NCBI RefSeq assembly: GCF_000025685.1
Contig: NC_013967.1
Coordinates: 1,980,001 to 2,012,000, forward strand
Direction: 5' to 3'
Source: Haloferax volcanii DS2
GTDB lineage: Archaea; Halobacteriota; Halobacteria; Halobacteriales; Haloferacaceae
DNA: 32,000 nt
Positions 10,314 through 19,724 of the stretch are shown here, piece by piece. The notes beneath the pieces were generated by a model. It did not search any database. It saw only the letters and a list, made by a program, of their open reading frames with translations, and was not told the origin of the DNA. Position 1 is the first letter of the stretch. Every line of letters begins with the position of its first letter. The position numbers were made by a program, and so were the translations under genes.

Positions 10314-12065
10314 TCACTCACCCTTCGAGACGAAGCGGTAGTTGTCCTGGAACGTGCCCACGTCGTAGTCGTTGACGGTGTTGCGCCACGCTTCGAGCTT
10401 GTTCACGTAGGCGATGTCTATCTGGATGCCGTGTTCGACGAGGTACTCCTCCAGTTCCCAGACGATTTCCTTCTGTTCTTGTTCGTCCGTCGAGGCCTGT
10501 GCCTCGCGGAGCTTCGAGACGTACCACTCGTGACCGTTCGAGAAATCGCCCTCGGCGTCGTCGGGCGCGGCGGGGCCGCTCGGCGCGTAGATGTCTTCGA
10601 GGTCATCGGACGGGTGGTGCCAGTTGTTGTGGTTGTGGTTGTTGTCGGCGTAGCCGGCGTCGAGCCACGACGTGGCGACCGGAATCGACTGTGCCCAGTC
10701 TTCCATCGCGGCGTGCCACGTGTCCGTGCTGTACACCTGGTTGAGGAGCGTGGACTTGTCGACGGTGGTAACGCTGGCTTCGATGCCGATTTTCGACAGT
10801 TGGTTCTGGATGACGACGGCCTCGTCTTTGAACCACGAGCCCTTGGTGGCGATGATGTCCATCTCGAAGCCGTCGGGGTTGCCCGCGAGTTCGAGTTCTT
10901 TCTTGGCCTTCTCGGGGTCGTACATCTGCATCTCCTTGAGCTTCGGCGAGGTCCAGTCGCTGTCGGGGTACCACGGTCCCTTTTGGACCGCGCCCTGTCC
11001 GTAGAAAATCTCGTCGAGAATCTCCTGGCGGTCGATGCCGAACAGCACCGCGCGGCGGTTGTGCCGGTTGCTCATCGGGTTACCCTCGGACTCCATCATG
11101 TTCACGTACAGTACCTGCGTGAAGTTGCCGGGGACGGACTCGGTCGTGATGTCCGGCTGGCCGCTGAGGCTCTCGAAGTCCTTCGGGGGGACCTTGTCCG
11201 TCAGGTCGAGTTGGCCCGAACGGAGGTTCGCGAGGCGCGTGGAGTCCTCGCCGATGAAGTTGAACTTGAACTCGTCGACGGCGGGCGCGCCCTCCTTCCA
11301 GTAGTCCTCGTTCTTCTCGAGGAGGACGTGACTCCCGCTTTTCCACTCGACGAATTTGAACGCGCCGGTGCCCGCGCCGGAGGGGTCCTGCGTGAGGTCG
11401 GTCGCGAGGCCGCTCGGCCCCTTCCCGTCTGCGGTGTCGCCGCGGGAGCCCTCGGGGACGATACCTTCCAGCCCGCGCGTGAGCCACCAGTTGAGCGTCC
11501 CGAACGGCTGGGAGAGGTTGAGCCGGAGCGTCCGGTCACCGACGATTTCGGTGTCCTCGACGAACGGGAGGCGACTCTTGACCGGCGACTTATTGTCGGG
11601 GTTGAGAATCCAGTCGACGGAGTACTTGAAGTCCTCGACGGTCACTTCGTCGCCGTTGTGGAACGTGATGCCCTCGCGGAGCGTGTATTCGAAGGCGGTC
11701 CCGCCGTCGACGGGGTCGGGCACCTCGGTCACGAGGCCGGGCTGGAGTTCGGAGTCGGGCGTTAGTTCGATGACCTCGTCGTAGATGAGGCCGCCGATGG
11801 TGCTGGTCGCGGTGTCCGTCCAGAGCGCGGGGTCGAAGTTCCACGGCTCCGCGGCGAGCGCGACGTTGACGCGGACGGTCTCGCCCGAGTCGCCCGACGA
11901 ACCGCTGTCGGTGCTCCCGCCGCTCGTCTCGGTTCCGTCGGAACCGCCGGAACCACCGGCGTCACCGCCGGTACAGCCCGCAAACGCGGTCGCGCCGACC
12001 GCGCTCGCGGCCGCAATAAATTGCCGTCTGTCCATGTTTACCTCGGTAATGTTGTCGTCTGACAT
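10314..12065 (-). CDS. ABC transporter substrate-binding lipoprotein, family 5 (peptide/nickel/opine type), Tat-exported
   Basis: Twin-arginine motif DRRQFI followed by the lipobox FAGC, then a Ser/Gly/Asp/Thr linker and a family-5 SBP body. An alternative start (MDRRQF) lies at 12035. Confidence 0.9.
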   Translation of the reverse strand: MSDDNITEVNMDRRQFIAAASAVGATAFAGCTGGDAGGSGGSDGTETSGGSTDSGSSGDSGETVRVNVALAAEPWNFDPALWTDTATSTIGGLIYDEVIELTPDSELQPGLVTEVPDPVDGGTAFEYTLREGITFHNGDEVTVEDFKYSVDWILNPDNKSPVKSRLPFVEDTEIVGDRTLRLNLSQPFGTLNWWLTRGLEGIVPEGSRGDTADGKGPSGLATDLTQDPSGAGTGAFKFVEWKSGSHVLLEKNEDYWKEGAPAVDEFKFNFIGEDSTRLANLRSGQLDLTDKVPPKDFESLSGQPDITTESVPGNFTQVLYVNMMESEGNPMSNRHNRRAVLFGIDRQEILDEIFYGQGAVQKGPWYPDSDWTSPKLKEMQMYDPEKAKKELELAGNPDGFEMDIIATKGSWFKDEAVVIQNQLSKIGIEASVTTVDKSTLLNQVYSTDTWHAAMEDWAQSIPVATSWLDAGYADNNHNHNNWHHPSDDLEDIYAPSGPAAPDDAEGDFSNGHEWYVSKLREAQASTDEQEQKEIVWELEEYLVEHGIQIDIAYVNKLEAWRNTVNDYDVGTFQDNYRFVSKGE

Positions 12066-12247
12066 TGTTTTCTGGAGCTACGTACACACCCTTGTAGCGG
12101 TACGCGTGATACCTTAGATCATGAAACACCGTTATTTATATCTTTGGCAATCTCTCACAATCTTGGTACTATATCTCAGTGGAGCCCCGGCGAGATTGTG
12201 ATACCGCTTCCCAAACAGTTTAACGGGGTGGTTGCAATGTCGGCTTC

Positions 12248-13510
12248 ATGGCGTACGCCAGCACGCTCTCCCTGCGAGAGTTACGACAGGACCTTCACGC
12301 CCACCCCGAGTCCGGGTGGAAGGAGTTCCGCACGACAGCCCTCATCGCCGCCGCACTCGACGAACGCGAGTTCACACTCCACCTCGGCCCGGACGCCGTC
12401 GCCGAAGACGAGCGACTGGGCGTCCCCGATGACGACGCGGTCGCGGCCGCGGTCGAACGCGCACGCGAGGAAGACGCACCCGAAGCCTACCTGGACCGGA
12501 TGGGCGATATCACGGGTCTCGTCGCCGAGAAGCGCTTCGGAAACGGGCCGACCGTCGGCGTCCGCGTCGACATGGACGCCCTCGAACGCACCGAGTCGAG
12601 CGACGAGAAACACCGCCCCGCGAAGCTGGGATTCGCGAGCACGCACCCCAACGAGATGCACGCGTGCGGCCACGACGGCCACACCGCTATCGGCCTCGGT
12701 ATCGCCCGCGCCCTCGACGACGACGGCGGGTTCGACGGCACGCTCCGACTGTTCTTCCAGCCGGCGGAGGAGGGCGGCCGCGGCGGCAAACCGATGAGCG
12801 AGACCGACCTGCTCGCGGATATCGACTACTTCCTCGCGCTCCACCTCGGCCTCGGCAACCCCACGGGAACCGTCATCGCCGCCTACGAGAACCCGCTTTC
12901 GAACGCGAAACTCGACGTGACATTCGAGGGCGCGCCGAGCCACGCGGGCAACGCGCCCAACGAGGGGCGCAACGCGCTCCACGCGGCGACGGCCGCGGTC
13001 CAGAACCTCTACGGGATTCCGCGCCACGCCGACGGGACGACCCGCATCAACGTCGGGAAGTTCGAATCGCCCAACCCGCAGAACATCATCGCCGAGGAGG
13101 CGCGCCTCCGCGTCGAGGTTCGCGGCGGGACCGCCGACCTGAACGAGTACATGCTCGACAAGGCCCGGCGCGTCCTCGACCACGCCGCGGGCATGCACGA
13201 CGTGTCGGTCGAGACGGGGCTGTACGGGAAGACGGCGACGTTCACGGCCGACGACGAGATGATAGAGGCCGTCCTCGCGTCGGCGGCCGACCTCGACGAC
13301 GTGACCGAGACGGTCCCGCGACTCGATATCGGCGGCAGCGAGGACGCCTCCTACCTCATCCGGCGCGTGCAGGAACACGGCGGGAAGGCGACCTACGTCG
13401 GCATCGGCGCGAGCAACGAGTTCGGTCACCACACCTCGCGGTTCGACATCGACGAAGACGCCCTCGACATCGGCGTCGACGTGGTGTGTCAGACGATTCG
13501 CGCACTCTAA
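12248..13510 (+). CDS. M20D-family amidohydrolase (N-acyl-L-amino acid amidohydrolase / hippurate hydrolase-like)
   Basis: N-terminal LRQDLHAHPESGWKEFRT and metal-binding MHACGHDGHTAIGLG motifs typical of M20D aminoacylases. A GTTTAAC box at 12218..12224 lies 24-30 nt upstream of the ATG. Confidence 0.85.
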   Translation: MAYASTLSLRELRQDLHAHPESGWKEFRTTALIAAALDEREFTLHLGPDAVAEDERLGVPDDDAVAAAVERAREEDAPEAYLDRMGDITGLVAEKRFGNGPTVGVRVDMDALERTESSDEKHRPAKLGFASTHPNEMHACGHDGHTAIGLGIARALDDDGGFDGTLRLFFQPAEEGGRGGKPMSETDLLADIDYFLALHLGLGNPTGTVIAAYENPLSNAKLDVTFEGAPSHAGNAPNEGRNALHAATAAVQNLYGIPRHADGTTRINVGKFESPNPQNIIAEEARLRVEVRGGTADLNEYMLDKARRVLDHAAGMHDVSVETGLYGKTATFTADDEMIEAVLASAADLDDVTETVPRLDIGGSEDASYLIRRVQEHGGKATYVGIGASNEFGHHTSRFDIDEDALDIGVDVVCQTIRAL

Positions 13511-13639
13511 CGCGGCGGTCCGACCCGGCTGTTCGGCCCCGACCAGCCGCGCGTCTCGCCGGCCGTCGTCCCCCTCGACCCGTAGAATCTGCCACGAACA
13601 CGCACAACTATTATCCGCTGTTCGCGAGTTGAGCCGCAC

Positions 13640-14896
13640 ATGCAGGCCTCCCAGCAACGACTCCGCGAGGATATCGAAGCGAACGCCCGTTTCGGCGACA
13701 TCGACGCGCCGGCGGGGCGCGGCCGCACCGTCCTGACCGGGAGCGACGCAGACCGCCGCGCCCGCGAGTTCCTCGTCGAGCGACTGCGCGACGCCGGCCT
13801 CTCGGTCCGCATCGACGCCGTGGGAACCATCGCCGGGCGGTGGGTTCCCGACGGGGCCGACCCCGACGCGCCCCCCGTCGCCGCCGGCAGTCACCTCGAT
13901 TCGGTCCCCGAGGGCGGCATCTTCGACGGCCCGCTCGGCGTCTACGCGGCGCTCGAAGCGGTGCGGACGCTCCAAGAACGAGACGCCGGCGCGAGCCTCG
14001 ACCGCCCAATCGACGTCGTCTCGTTCACCGAAGAGGAGGGCGCGCGCTTCTCGCACGGCCTGCTCGGGTCGTCGGTGGCGACCGGTGCGCGCGACGCCGA
14101 CGACGCGCTCGCGCTCCGCGACGCCGACGGCACGACGCTCGACGCCCACCTCGACGCCATCGGCTTCCGCGGGACCGACACCATCGACGCCGCGGCGTGG
14201 GACGCGTGGGCCGAACTCCACATCGAACAGGGGACGGTGCTGGAGTCCGCGGGCGCGGGGGTCGGCGTCGTCGACGCCATCACCGGCATCACGACCTGTG
14301 CGGCCGACATCGTCGGCGAGGCCGACCACGCGGGCTCGACGCCGATGGACGAGCGCCGCGACGCGCTCGTCGCCGCCAGCGAGTTCGTCGTCGACGTCCG
14401 GGCCGCGGCCGACGACGTGGCGCAGAACCAGAGTTCGACCGCCGTGGGGACCGTCGGCCAGTTCGACGTGGCCCCGAACGCGCGCAACATCGTCCCCGGC
14501 GAGGTCACGCTCCAGATGGACATCCGCGACGTGGACTACCGCGCGATGGACGCCATCGCCGAGCGGGCCGAGGCCGCGCTCGACGAACTCGAAGCCGCCC
14601 ACCCGGTCGAGACGAGCTTCGACCGCTACCGCGACCAGCGCCCGAGTCGGATGGCCGACGACTGCGTCGCCGCCGCCCTCGCCGCCGCCGCGACCGAGGA
14701 TATCGACGCGAAACGGATGCACTCCGCGGCGATGCACGATACTGCGAATGTTGCCGGCGTCACCGATGCCGTGCTCCTGTTCGCGCCGTCGGCGGACGGC
14801 CTCTCGCACAACCCGCGCGAATGGACCGACTGGGCGGACTGCGCGACCGCGGCGTCGGTTCTCGCTGGAACGCTCGCACGCCTCGCCGGCGCGTGA
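13640..14896 (+). CDS. M20-family Zn-dependent hydrolase of the hydantoinase/carbamoylase amidase group (N-carbamoyl-L-amino-acid hydrolase / allantoate amidohydrolase-like)
   Basis: Motifs GSHLDSVPEGGIFDGPLGV, FTEEEGARF and ELHIEQG are characteristic of AmaB/AllC-type amidases. Confidence 0.85.
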   Translation: MQASQQRLREDIEANARFGDIDAPAGRGRTVLTGSDADRRAREFLVERLRDAGLSVRIDAVGTIAGRWVPDGADPDAPPVAAGSHLDSVPEGGIFDGPLGVYAALEAVRTLQERDAGASLDRPIDVVSFTEEEGARFSHGLLGSSVATGARDADDALALRDADGTTLDAHLDAIGFRGTDTIDAAAWDAWAELHIEQGTVLESAGAGVGVVDAITGITTCAADIVGEADHAGSTPMDERRDALVAASEFVVDVRAAADDVAQNQSSTAVGTVGQFDVAPNARNIVPGEVTLQMDIRDVDYRAMDAIAERAEAALDELEAAHPVETSFDRYRDQRPSRMADDCVAAALAAAATEDIDAKRMHSAAMHDTANVAGVTDAVLLFAPSADGLSHNPREWTDWADCATAASVLAGTLARLAGA

Positions 14897-15488
14897 GTCG
14901 CGGCCGACGGCCTGCTCCCGCTTGTGGACTATTCCTTTGTTTTCAGACATTTCACGGCCAGATTCGCGCCTCTGCCGCGATTTCGTCGCGGCCGCGTCGC
15001 CTGTCTCGATATGTGACACGCGGCTCCGAATCATCCCGTGTTCCGCGTGGACGTTCGTGTTCCGGTGGTCTGGCGGTGCTCGAACTCGAATCGCAGTTTT
15101 TCCGTGCCGCTTCGGTCGAAACGTCACCTCGTGGGTCATCGAGTTCACCCTGCGAAACCTGCAGCCATTCGCTCTGCTCCGCGGTGTTGTCATCAAATAC
15201 AACGATTCTTCGAGTCGTGTGTGGTTCGACCGCGAAGAGCGTCGCCGAGCGTCCGGGTATCGAGGAGGATACCGATTCCACGCATCTGACAAGCGAAGTC
15301 GCGGGCGGCGACCGTCGCTTCCGGTGTGTCTCGGGGGATACGCACATTCGCGCTCGCGCTGGGCGAGGGTGGTGGGCGGCTCCGGCTTCGAGTTGGGTTA
15401 ACAATTATCGACCGAAACCGCCTTCGAGCGGCGGTCTCAACACCGATTGTCCGCATCACGTTTCGATTGCGAGATATTCGGAACAGCT

Positions 15489-16334
15489 ATGACACCCGAT
15501 AGACGTTCTCGTAGCATGCCCGAGAACCCCAACACCGATGCGCCGTCGCGGACCCTCAGCACGGTGGACACGGCGGTCAGCGTCGTCAGGGCGCTCGAGG
15601 AGTTGAACGGGGCGCGCGTCGCCGAGTTGGTCGACTACCTCGACCTCTCGAAGTCCACGGTGTACAACCATCTCGCGACCCTGCGGAAGAACAACCTCGT
15701 CGCCAAGGACGGCGACAGCTACCATCTCAGCCTCCAGTTCCTGCTTTTGGGCGAGTACGTGCGCAACCAGCAGATACTCTACCAAGTCGGCAAGGAGGAA
15801 GTCGAGGCGCTCGCGGAGAAGACCGGCGAGTACGCCCACCTCTCGACCGAACAGCACGGCCTGCGAATCAGCCTGCTCAAGGTGCGCGGCGAGCGCGCGG
15901 TCGGCAGCCAGTACCAGCGCTCGAAGATTCAGCGCCCGGACAACCTCCACGCGTCGTCGACCGGGAAGGCCATCCTCGCGTTCCTCCCGCGCAGTCGGGT
16001 GGAGGAAATCGTCGACCAACACGGCCTGCCGGCGAAGACCGAGGCGACGATCACCGACCGCGAGGCGCTGTTCGACGAACTCGACACCATCCGCGAGCGA
16101 GGGTACGCCTGCAACGACGAGGAGGAAATCGAGGGGCTCCGCGCGGTCGGCGCGCCGATTCGCGACCGCAACGGCACCGTCCTCGGCGCGCTGAGCGTCT
16201 CCGGGCCGACGAGTCGCATCAAGGGCGAGCAGTTCCGCGACACCATCCCCGAGATGGTCACGAGCACGGCCAACATCATCGAGGTGAACATGAACATGGC
16301 CGCGCGGAGTTCGAACAACGGGCGCTTCGACTGA
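15489..16334 (+). CDS. IclR-family transcriptional regulator
   Basis: N-terminal wHTH (LSKSTVYNHLATLRKNNLV) and a C-terminal IclR effector domain (GLRAVGAPIRDRNGTVLGALSVSGP). The start is uncertain: ATG 15489 or 15516; the TTG at 15447 in the ORF track is less likely. Confidence 0.85.
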   Translation: MTPDRRSRSMPENPNTDAPSRTLSTVDTAVSVVRALEELNGARVAELVDYLDLSKSTVYNHLATLRKNNLVAKDGDSYHLSLQFLLLGEYVRNQQILYQVGKEEVEALAEKTGEYAHLSTEQHGLRISLLKVRGERAVGSQYQRSKIQRPDNLHASSTGKAILAFLPRSRVEEIVDQHGLPAKTEATITDREALFDELDTIRERGYACNDEEEIEGLRAVGAPIRDRNGTVLGALSVSGPTSRIKGEQFRDTIPEMVTSTANIIEVNMNMAARSSNNGRFD

Positions 16335-16529
16335 GCCGCACCGGCCGACTTCCATGACATCGATAAGCGTGTAATGCTAATCGGGTTCTCGCACGCTCTG
16401 TCGTCCGACGGTCACTCGACCAGTTCGGTTTGTTGGAACCGGCACTCCGTCGCAGACCGTAGGCAGTTGCTCGCTTCGCCAGCAAAATTACCTGAAATAG
16501 TATATTTAGCAAGTAGTACCAAAATACTG

Positions 16530-16538
16530 TTTTTTTTT
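16530..16538 (+). terminator. T9 run (candidate archaeal oligo-T terminator) in an AT-rich spacer
   Basis: Nine consecutive T residues on the plus strand, about 195 nt downstream of the iclR stop. Archaeal RNAP terminates at oligo-T tracts. No transcript data are available. Confidence 0.3.
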
Positions 16539-16961
16539 CGCTCGGGTCTCCGATGCCGAACTCGAAATCCGTAGTATCGTATTTCTGCGCCTAAAGCGCG
16601 ACTATTGGGTGTTTCAATCGCAAACGCCGCGAATGAACAGAGACGGGCTATTGTCCATATGATCTCAAAATTAAGGATATCTATCGGGTTTATTCTGATT
16701 TATCCCAAAAATCAAGTATATTATTCCGAATATAGAGACATATGACTAATATTGTCCTGGCCTCTGCTATCCTAATTTATCTAGAAAAAATACATATCTT
16801 ATATTTGTTAGCTTGGCTTCTACCGAGTTCATTCTTCCGCGTCTCCAGTGGGTGACGGACCGCCGGCTCGACGACTGGTTTTCGGAACTGCGTCGTGTCA
16901 GGCGCAGAAACAGGTCACGTCAGCACCCGCGACTCGCCGCGACGCAGATGAATCGGGACCG

Positions 16962-17831
16962 TCAGTCCAGCCGCGTTTCCAGCGACTCGACGAGCGAGTC
17001 GTTGCCGATGTAGACCGGCACGCGGTCGTGGATGTCCTCGGGCGTTCCCGAGAGGAGCGACTGTTCGCCGTCGGACGACCGCCCGCCGGCGCACTCGATG
17101 ATGTAGCCGATGGGGAAGCCCTCGAACTGCTGGCGGAGTTTGCCGCCCGGCGCGTCGGTCTGTGCGGGGTACGCGAAGACGCCGCCGTAGTGGAGAATCT
17201 GGTTCACGTCGCCGATCATCGACCCGCCGTAGCGGAGCTTCATCCCCTCGGTGCGTTCGGTCTCGCGGGCGAACGCTTCGAAGTCGTCGAACCAGCGGTT
17301 GACCCGGCCGCCGAAGCTGAAGATGGCGGGGTCGCCGGGCAGCGTTAGTTCCTCGCGGAGCGGGCGCTTGATACCCGATTCGAGGATGTACTCGCTGACG
17401 ACGCCGTCGCGGCCGGCCACGAGCGTCGTCACCGGGCCGTAAAGGATGTAGCCCGCGGCGAGCAGGTTCTCGCCGCCCGTGGGGAGCGGTTCGTCGTAGA
17501 TGCTGTACAGCGTTCCCATCACGTTGTTCGGCTTTAGGTTCGTCGACCCGTCGAGCGGGTCGAGCGCGACCGAAACCCCCTCGCCGATGTCGATGACGTC
17601 GGGGCGCTCCTCGCTGGCGTACTCGCCGACGCCGTCGAGGGGGCGGAGGCGCTTCAACAGCAGTTCGTCGGCGTAGGTGTCGGCTTCCAGTTGGCGCTCG
17701 CCGCTCGGGTTCGTGCCCTCCTCGTAGACGCGCCGGCCGGGCAGCCCCGCGCGAATCGACGGCGCGGCCGCACAGAGCGTCTCGACGATGGCGTCGACCA
17801 CGTCGTCCTCCCGACTCGATGGGTCTGTCAT
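16962..17831 (-). CDS. fbp: Fructose-1,6-bisphosphatase, class I
   Basis: Motifs LDPLDGSTN, GYILYGPVTTLV, YGGSMIGDVNQIL and YPA...GKLR are typical of class I FBPase. The true start is MTDPSSRE at 17831; the 102-codon extension to 18137 in the ORF track is non-coding. Confidence 0.9.
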   Translation of the reverse strand: MTDPSSREDDVVDAIVETLCAAAPSIRAGLPGRRVYEEGTNPSGERQLEADTYADELLLKRLRPLDGVGEYASEERPDVIDIGEGVSVALDPLDGSTNLKPNNVMGTLYSIYDEPLPTGGENLLAAGYILYGPVTTLVAGRDGVVSEYILESGIKRPLREELTLPGDPAIFSFGGRVNRWFDDFEAFARETERTEGMKLRYGGSMIGDVNQILHYGGVFAYPAQTDAPGGKLRQQFEGFPIGYIIECAGGRSSDGEQSLLSGTPEDIHDRVPVYIGNDSLVESLETRLD

Positions 17832-18143
17832 GCGTTCGATACACCCTGCGGAGTCGCGGCTGCGCCGAAGCGGTTCGACGGAGCGCCGACGGGCGGCGTG
17901 CGGACGAGCGTCGAGGTGGTCGTCATTACCTATTGGTCCCGTGGGCGAAGTATAGTTCTGTCCCCGCGCGTAAGCGTTGCACCGCGGCGACGACGGCGTT
18001 GGCGGTGGGTTTTCGACTCGGGCGCTGGTCGAATCCTCAGTCGCAGAGCGGTTGTCGGGGCCGTGCTGCATACAGCGCGCGAGTGGGTTGTCGGTTCGAA
18101 ACCGACGGTGTCTCGTGATGCACCAGCGTCGAGTCACGGCCCA

Positions 18144-18422
18144 TCATGCAGCTGTGAGAGAGAACAGGTAGAGAAACAGGATAATCGAACTGCCAAACGT
18201 CAGTGCTCCGTACAGCGGCACAGACTTCCACGAGGAGGTTCGGCTGAACCAACTCGATACGAGAGTCCCGACTGCTGAGAGTCCCAGCAGGCCATACACG
18301 ATTGGCATTCCTTCCATCGAGAGATAGCCGCCGATAACCTTCACAGCAATCATTGTAGAAAGGAGTCCACAACAGATAGCGAGGAGGCCAGCGATGGACT
18401 GTCGCTTCACACTCAATCCCAT
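18144..18422 (-). CDS. Small (92 aa) three-TM membrane protein, low-GC
   Basis: ATG at 18422 (the ORF track opens at TTG 18437). A TATTAATTAT box lies about 22-31 nt upstream on the minus strand. The protein has hydrophobic helices, but GC3 is only about 58% and no family was recognised. Confidence 0.45.
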   Translation of the reverse strand: MGLSVKRQSIAGLLAICCGLLSTMIAVKVIGGYLSMEGMPIVYGLLGLSAVGTLVSSWFSRTSSWKSVPLYGALTFGSSIILFLYLFSLTAA

Positions 18423-18476
18423 ACCAAAACGTGACAAACTCCGATAATTAATACGTTGTCACTACGTGGGAACAGA

Positions 18477-19643
18477 TTACTGCGCGGCGAACAGTCGTTC
18501 GAACACGACCGTCGGGAACCGCGGTTCGAGTCGGCTCGGCGGCCGGCCTTTCCGTTCGACGCGCTCCGCCGTGACCCGGCGGGTGATGCCGTCTTCTGCG
18601 AGTTCGTAGAGGATGCGCTTGACCGTGGTCGGTGAGAGGTCGACCGATTTGGCGATGTGCTGGCTCGTCGCCCGCACCGACTGCTGTTGGTCGGGGCGCA
18701 ACGCGAGGAGTTCGTGGAGCACCTGCCGGCGGTTCTCCGGGAGCGAGAACACGCGGCCGAGCGAGACGCAGGGTTGGGGGACCGCGGCGATTCCGTCGGC
18801 GACGTCGGCGGCCGTGATGCTCCGGTGTTGGTTGCGGACCGCTTCGTCGGCCGCGCCGAACAGCGCCACGAGCGCGTCGTGAGCGTCGCCGTCGGCCCAC
18901 TCCGCGATGTCGCGAGCGAGTCGGTGGTCGAGCGTCCGCCGCGACCCGGCCGCCGACACTCGCGTCATCAGCACGTCGACGAGCACCTGACTCTGGTACG
19001 GTTCGAACTGAATCGCGCCGGCCGTGTAGTCGGTCAGCACCGTCTCGTCGGGCGGCGCGCGCCCGATAGCCAGCCAACTGACTTTGCTCGGAAGCCCGGC
19101 ACAGAGGTCGACGAACGCCTCGCCGTCGAGCGTCCCCGACTCTTCGAGGTGGTCGACGGCGACGACGGCACCCGTCTTCGGGCCGTCGAGCGCGTCCTTG
19201 AGCCGCGACTGGAGCGCCTCGGTCTTGATACCCTGCTTGGGCACGGACTCATCGACGAGCGCGTCGAGCACGGCGTGGTAGAACGCGAACGCGCTCGTCG
19301 TCTCGCGCGCGTCGACGTAGACGAACCGCGGCGCGAACGTCGCCTGCACGCGGGTCGTCGTGTGGATGGCGGCGTTGTTGACGCTCGACACGCGGACGAG
19401 GTGGTCGAACAGCGCCGTCACGACCGCCGACTTCCCCGACCCCTTGGGTCCGTAGACGTAGGCGTTCGGCGGGAGATGGCCGTCGAACACCGGGTCGAGG
19501 TAGTCGAGCAGTCGCTCTAACACCGGTCCGCAGTTCACCGGGTCGTCGGTGTGCGCGACCGGCGAGAGCGAGTCGTAATCGACGAGGAGGCGAGGCTCAC
19601 CGTCCCGGCGTTGCCGACGTTGGATCCTCGCTTCGATGTCCAT
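18477..19643 (-). CDS. orc1: Orc1/Cdc6-family AAA+ protein (replication-initiator paralog)
   Basis: Walker A GPKGSGKS, Walker B VVAVDHLEE and a C-terminal winged-helix region (TTVKRILYELAEDGI). The true start is MDIEARIQ at 19643, and a GATATAC box (19671..19677) lies about 28-34 nt upstream. Confidence 0.85.
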   Translation of the reverse strand: MDIEARIQRRQRRDGEPRLLVDYDSLSPVAHTDDPVNCGPVLERLLDYLDPVFDGHLPPNAYVYGPKGSGKSAVVTALFDHLVRVSSVNNAAIHTTTRVQATFAPRFVYVDARETTSAFAFYHAVLDALVDESVPKQGIKTEALQSRLKDALDGPKTGAVVAVDHLEESGTLDGEAFVDLCAGLPSKVSWLAIGRAPPDETVLTDYTAGAIQFEPYQSQVLVDVLMTRVSAAGSRRTLDHRLARDIAEWADGDAHDALVALFGAADEAVRNQHRSITAADVADGIAAVPQPCVSLGRVFSLPENRRQVLHELLALRPDQQQSVRATSQHIAKSVDLSPTTVKRILYELAEDGITRRVTAERVERKGRPPSRLEPRFPTVVFERLFAAQ

Positions 19644-19724
19644 GTCGTAGTGGTAGTTCCGAAATGGGAGGTATATCAGTTCTGACTGCTTACGGCTGTG
19701 GTACGTCTGTGGTCGCCCGGTCGT

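Noticed and set aside
11174-11185. CGAAGTCCTTCG, an exact match to the relaxed CGAA-N4-TTCG pattern inside the SBP gene. One-mismatch look-alikes occur at 9350..9361 (CGAACACGCTCG) and 19286..19297 (CGAACGCGCTCG).
   Set aside because: All are intragenic and have a different central tetranucleotide or a broken half-site. One relaxed hit is consistent with chance, so they are not counted as regulatory boxes.
12106-12205. A direct repeat of GTGATACC (12106..12113 and 12198..12205) in the divergent peptide-transporter/M20 spacer, considered as a possible IclR operator.
   Set aside because: Only 8 bp are shared, with no dyad symmetry, and two copies in an AT-richer spacer could easily arise by chance.
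12281-15292. A 1003-aa minus-strand ORF spanning both M20 genes. Similar long antisense or off-frame ORFs include 19690..21426, 26068..27636, 10299..11765, 29491..30903, 13840..15492, 6110..7213, 7203..8402 and 2573..3241.
   Set aside because: Their compositions are extremely Arg/Gly/Asp/Ala-rich with no motifs, and each lies opposite to or out of frame with a gene that has clear family signatures. Long stop-free antisense frames are expected at about 65% GC.
16844-16851. TCCAGTGG, a mini-ORB-like word at the edge of the AT-rich spacer, considered as evidence for a replication origin.
   Set aside because: It is a single copy with no inverted partner, no G-string element and not adjacent to the orc1 gene. 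It is insufficient to call an origin, so it is kept only as a low-weight note within a finding.
18090-18106. A tRNA-like T-arm: GTCGG-TTCGAAA-CCGAC hairpin upstream of fbp. It could have been a tRNA gene or an integrase att remnant.
   Set aside because: No complementary acceptor 5' strand (AGACACC) and no anticodon or D arms could be folded in the preceding 75 nt. I regard it as an isolated hairpin, and no integrase gene is nearby.
17832-18137. N-terminal extensions of ORF-track entries: fbp to 18137, DppF-like to 7389, DppD-like to 8390, orc1 to 19790, DUF59-like to 23135, cupin from 21814 and radical SAM from 25936.
   Set aside because: The extensions are Arg/Pro-rich, non-homologous looking and run through promoter elements. 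The internal ATGs give canonical family N-termini, ATGA operon overlaps or the conserved box-to-ATG spacing.
18489-18502. CGAACAGTCGTTCG at the 3' end of orc1 has the same half-sites (CGAAC/GTTCG) with two extra central bases.
   Set aside because: The spacing differs from all nine boxes, and it lies within codons for the C-terminus (ERLFAAQ). It is probably coincidental.
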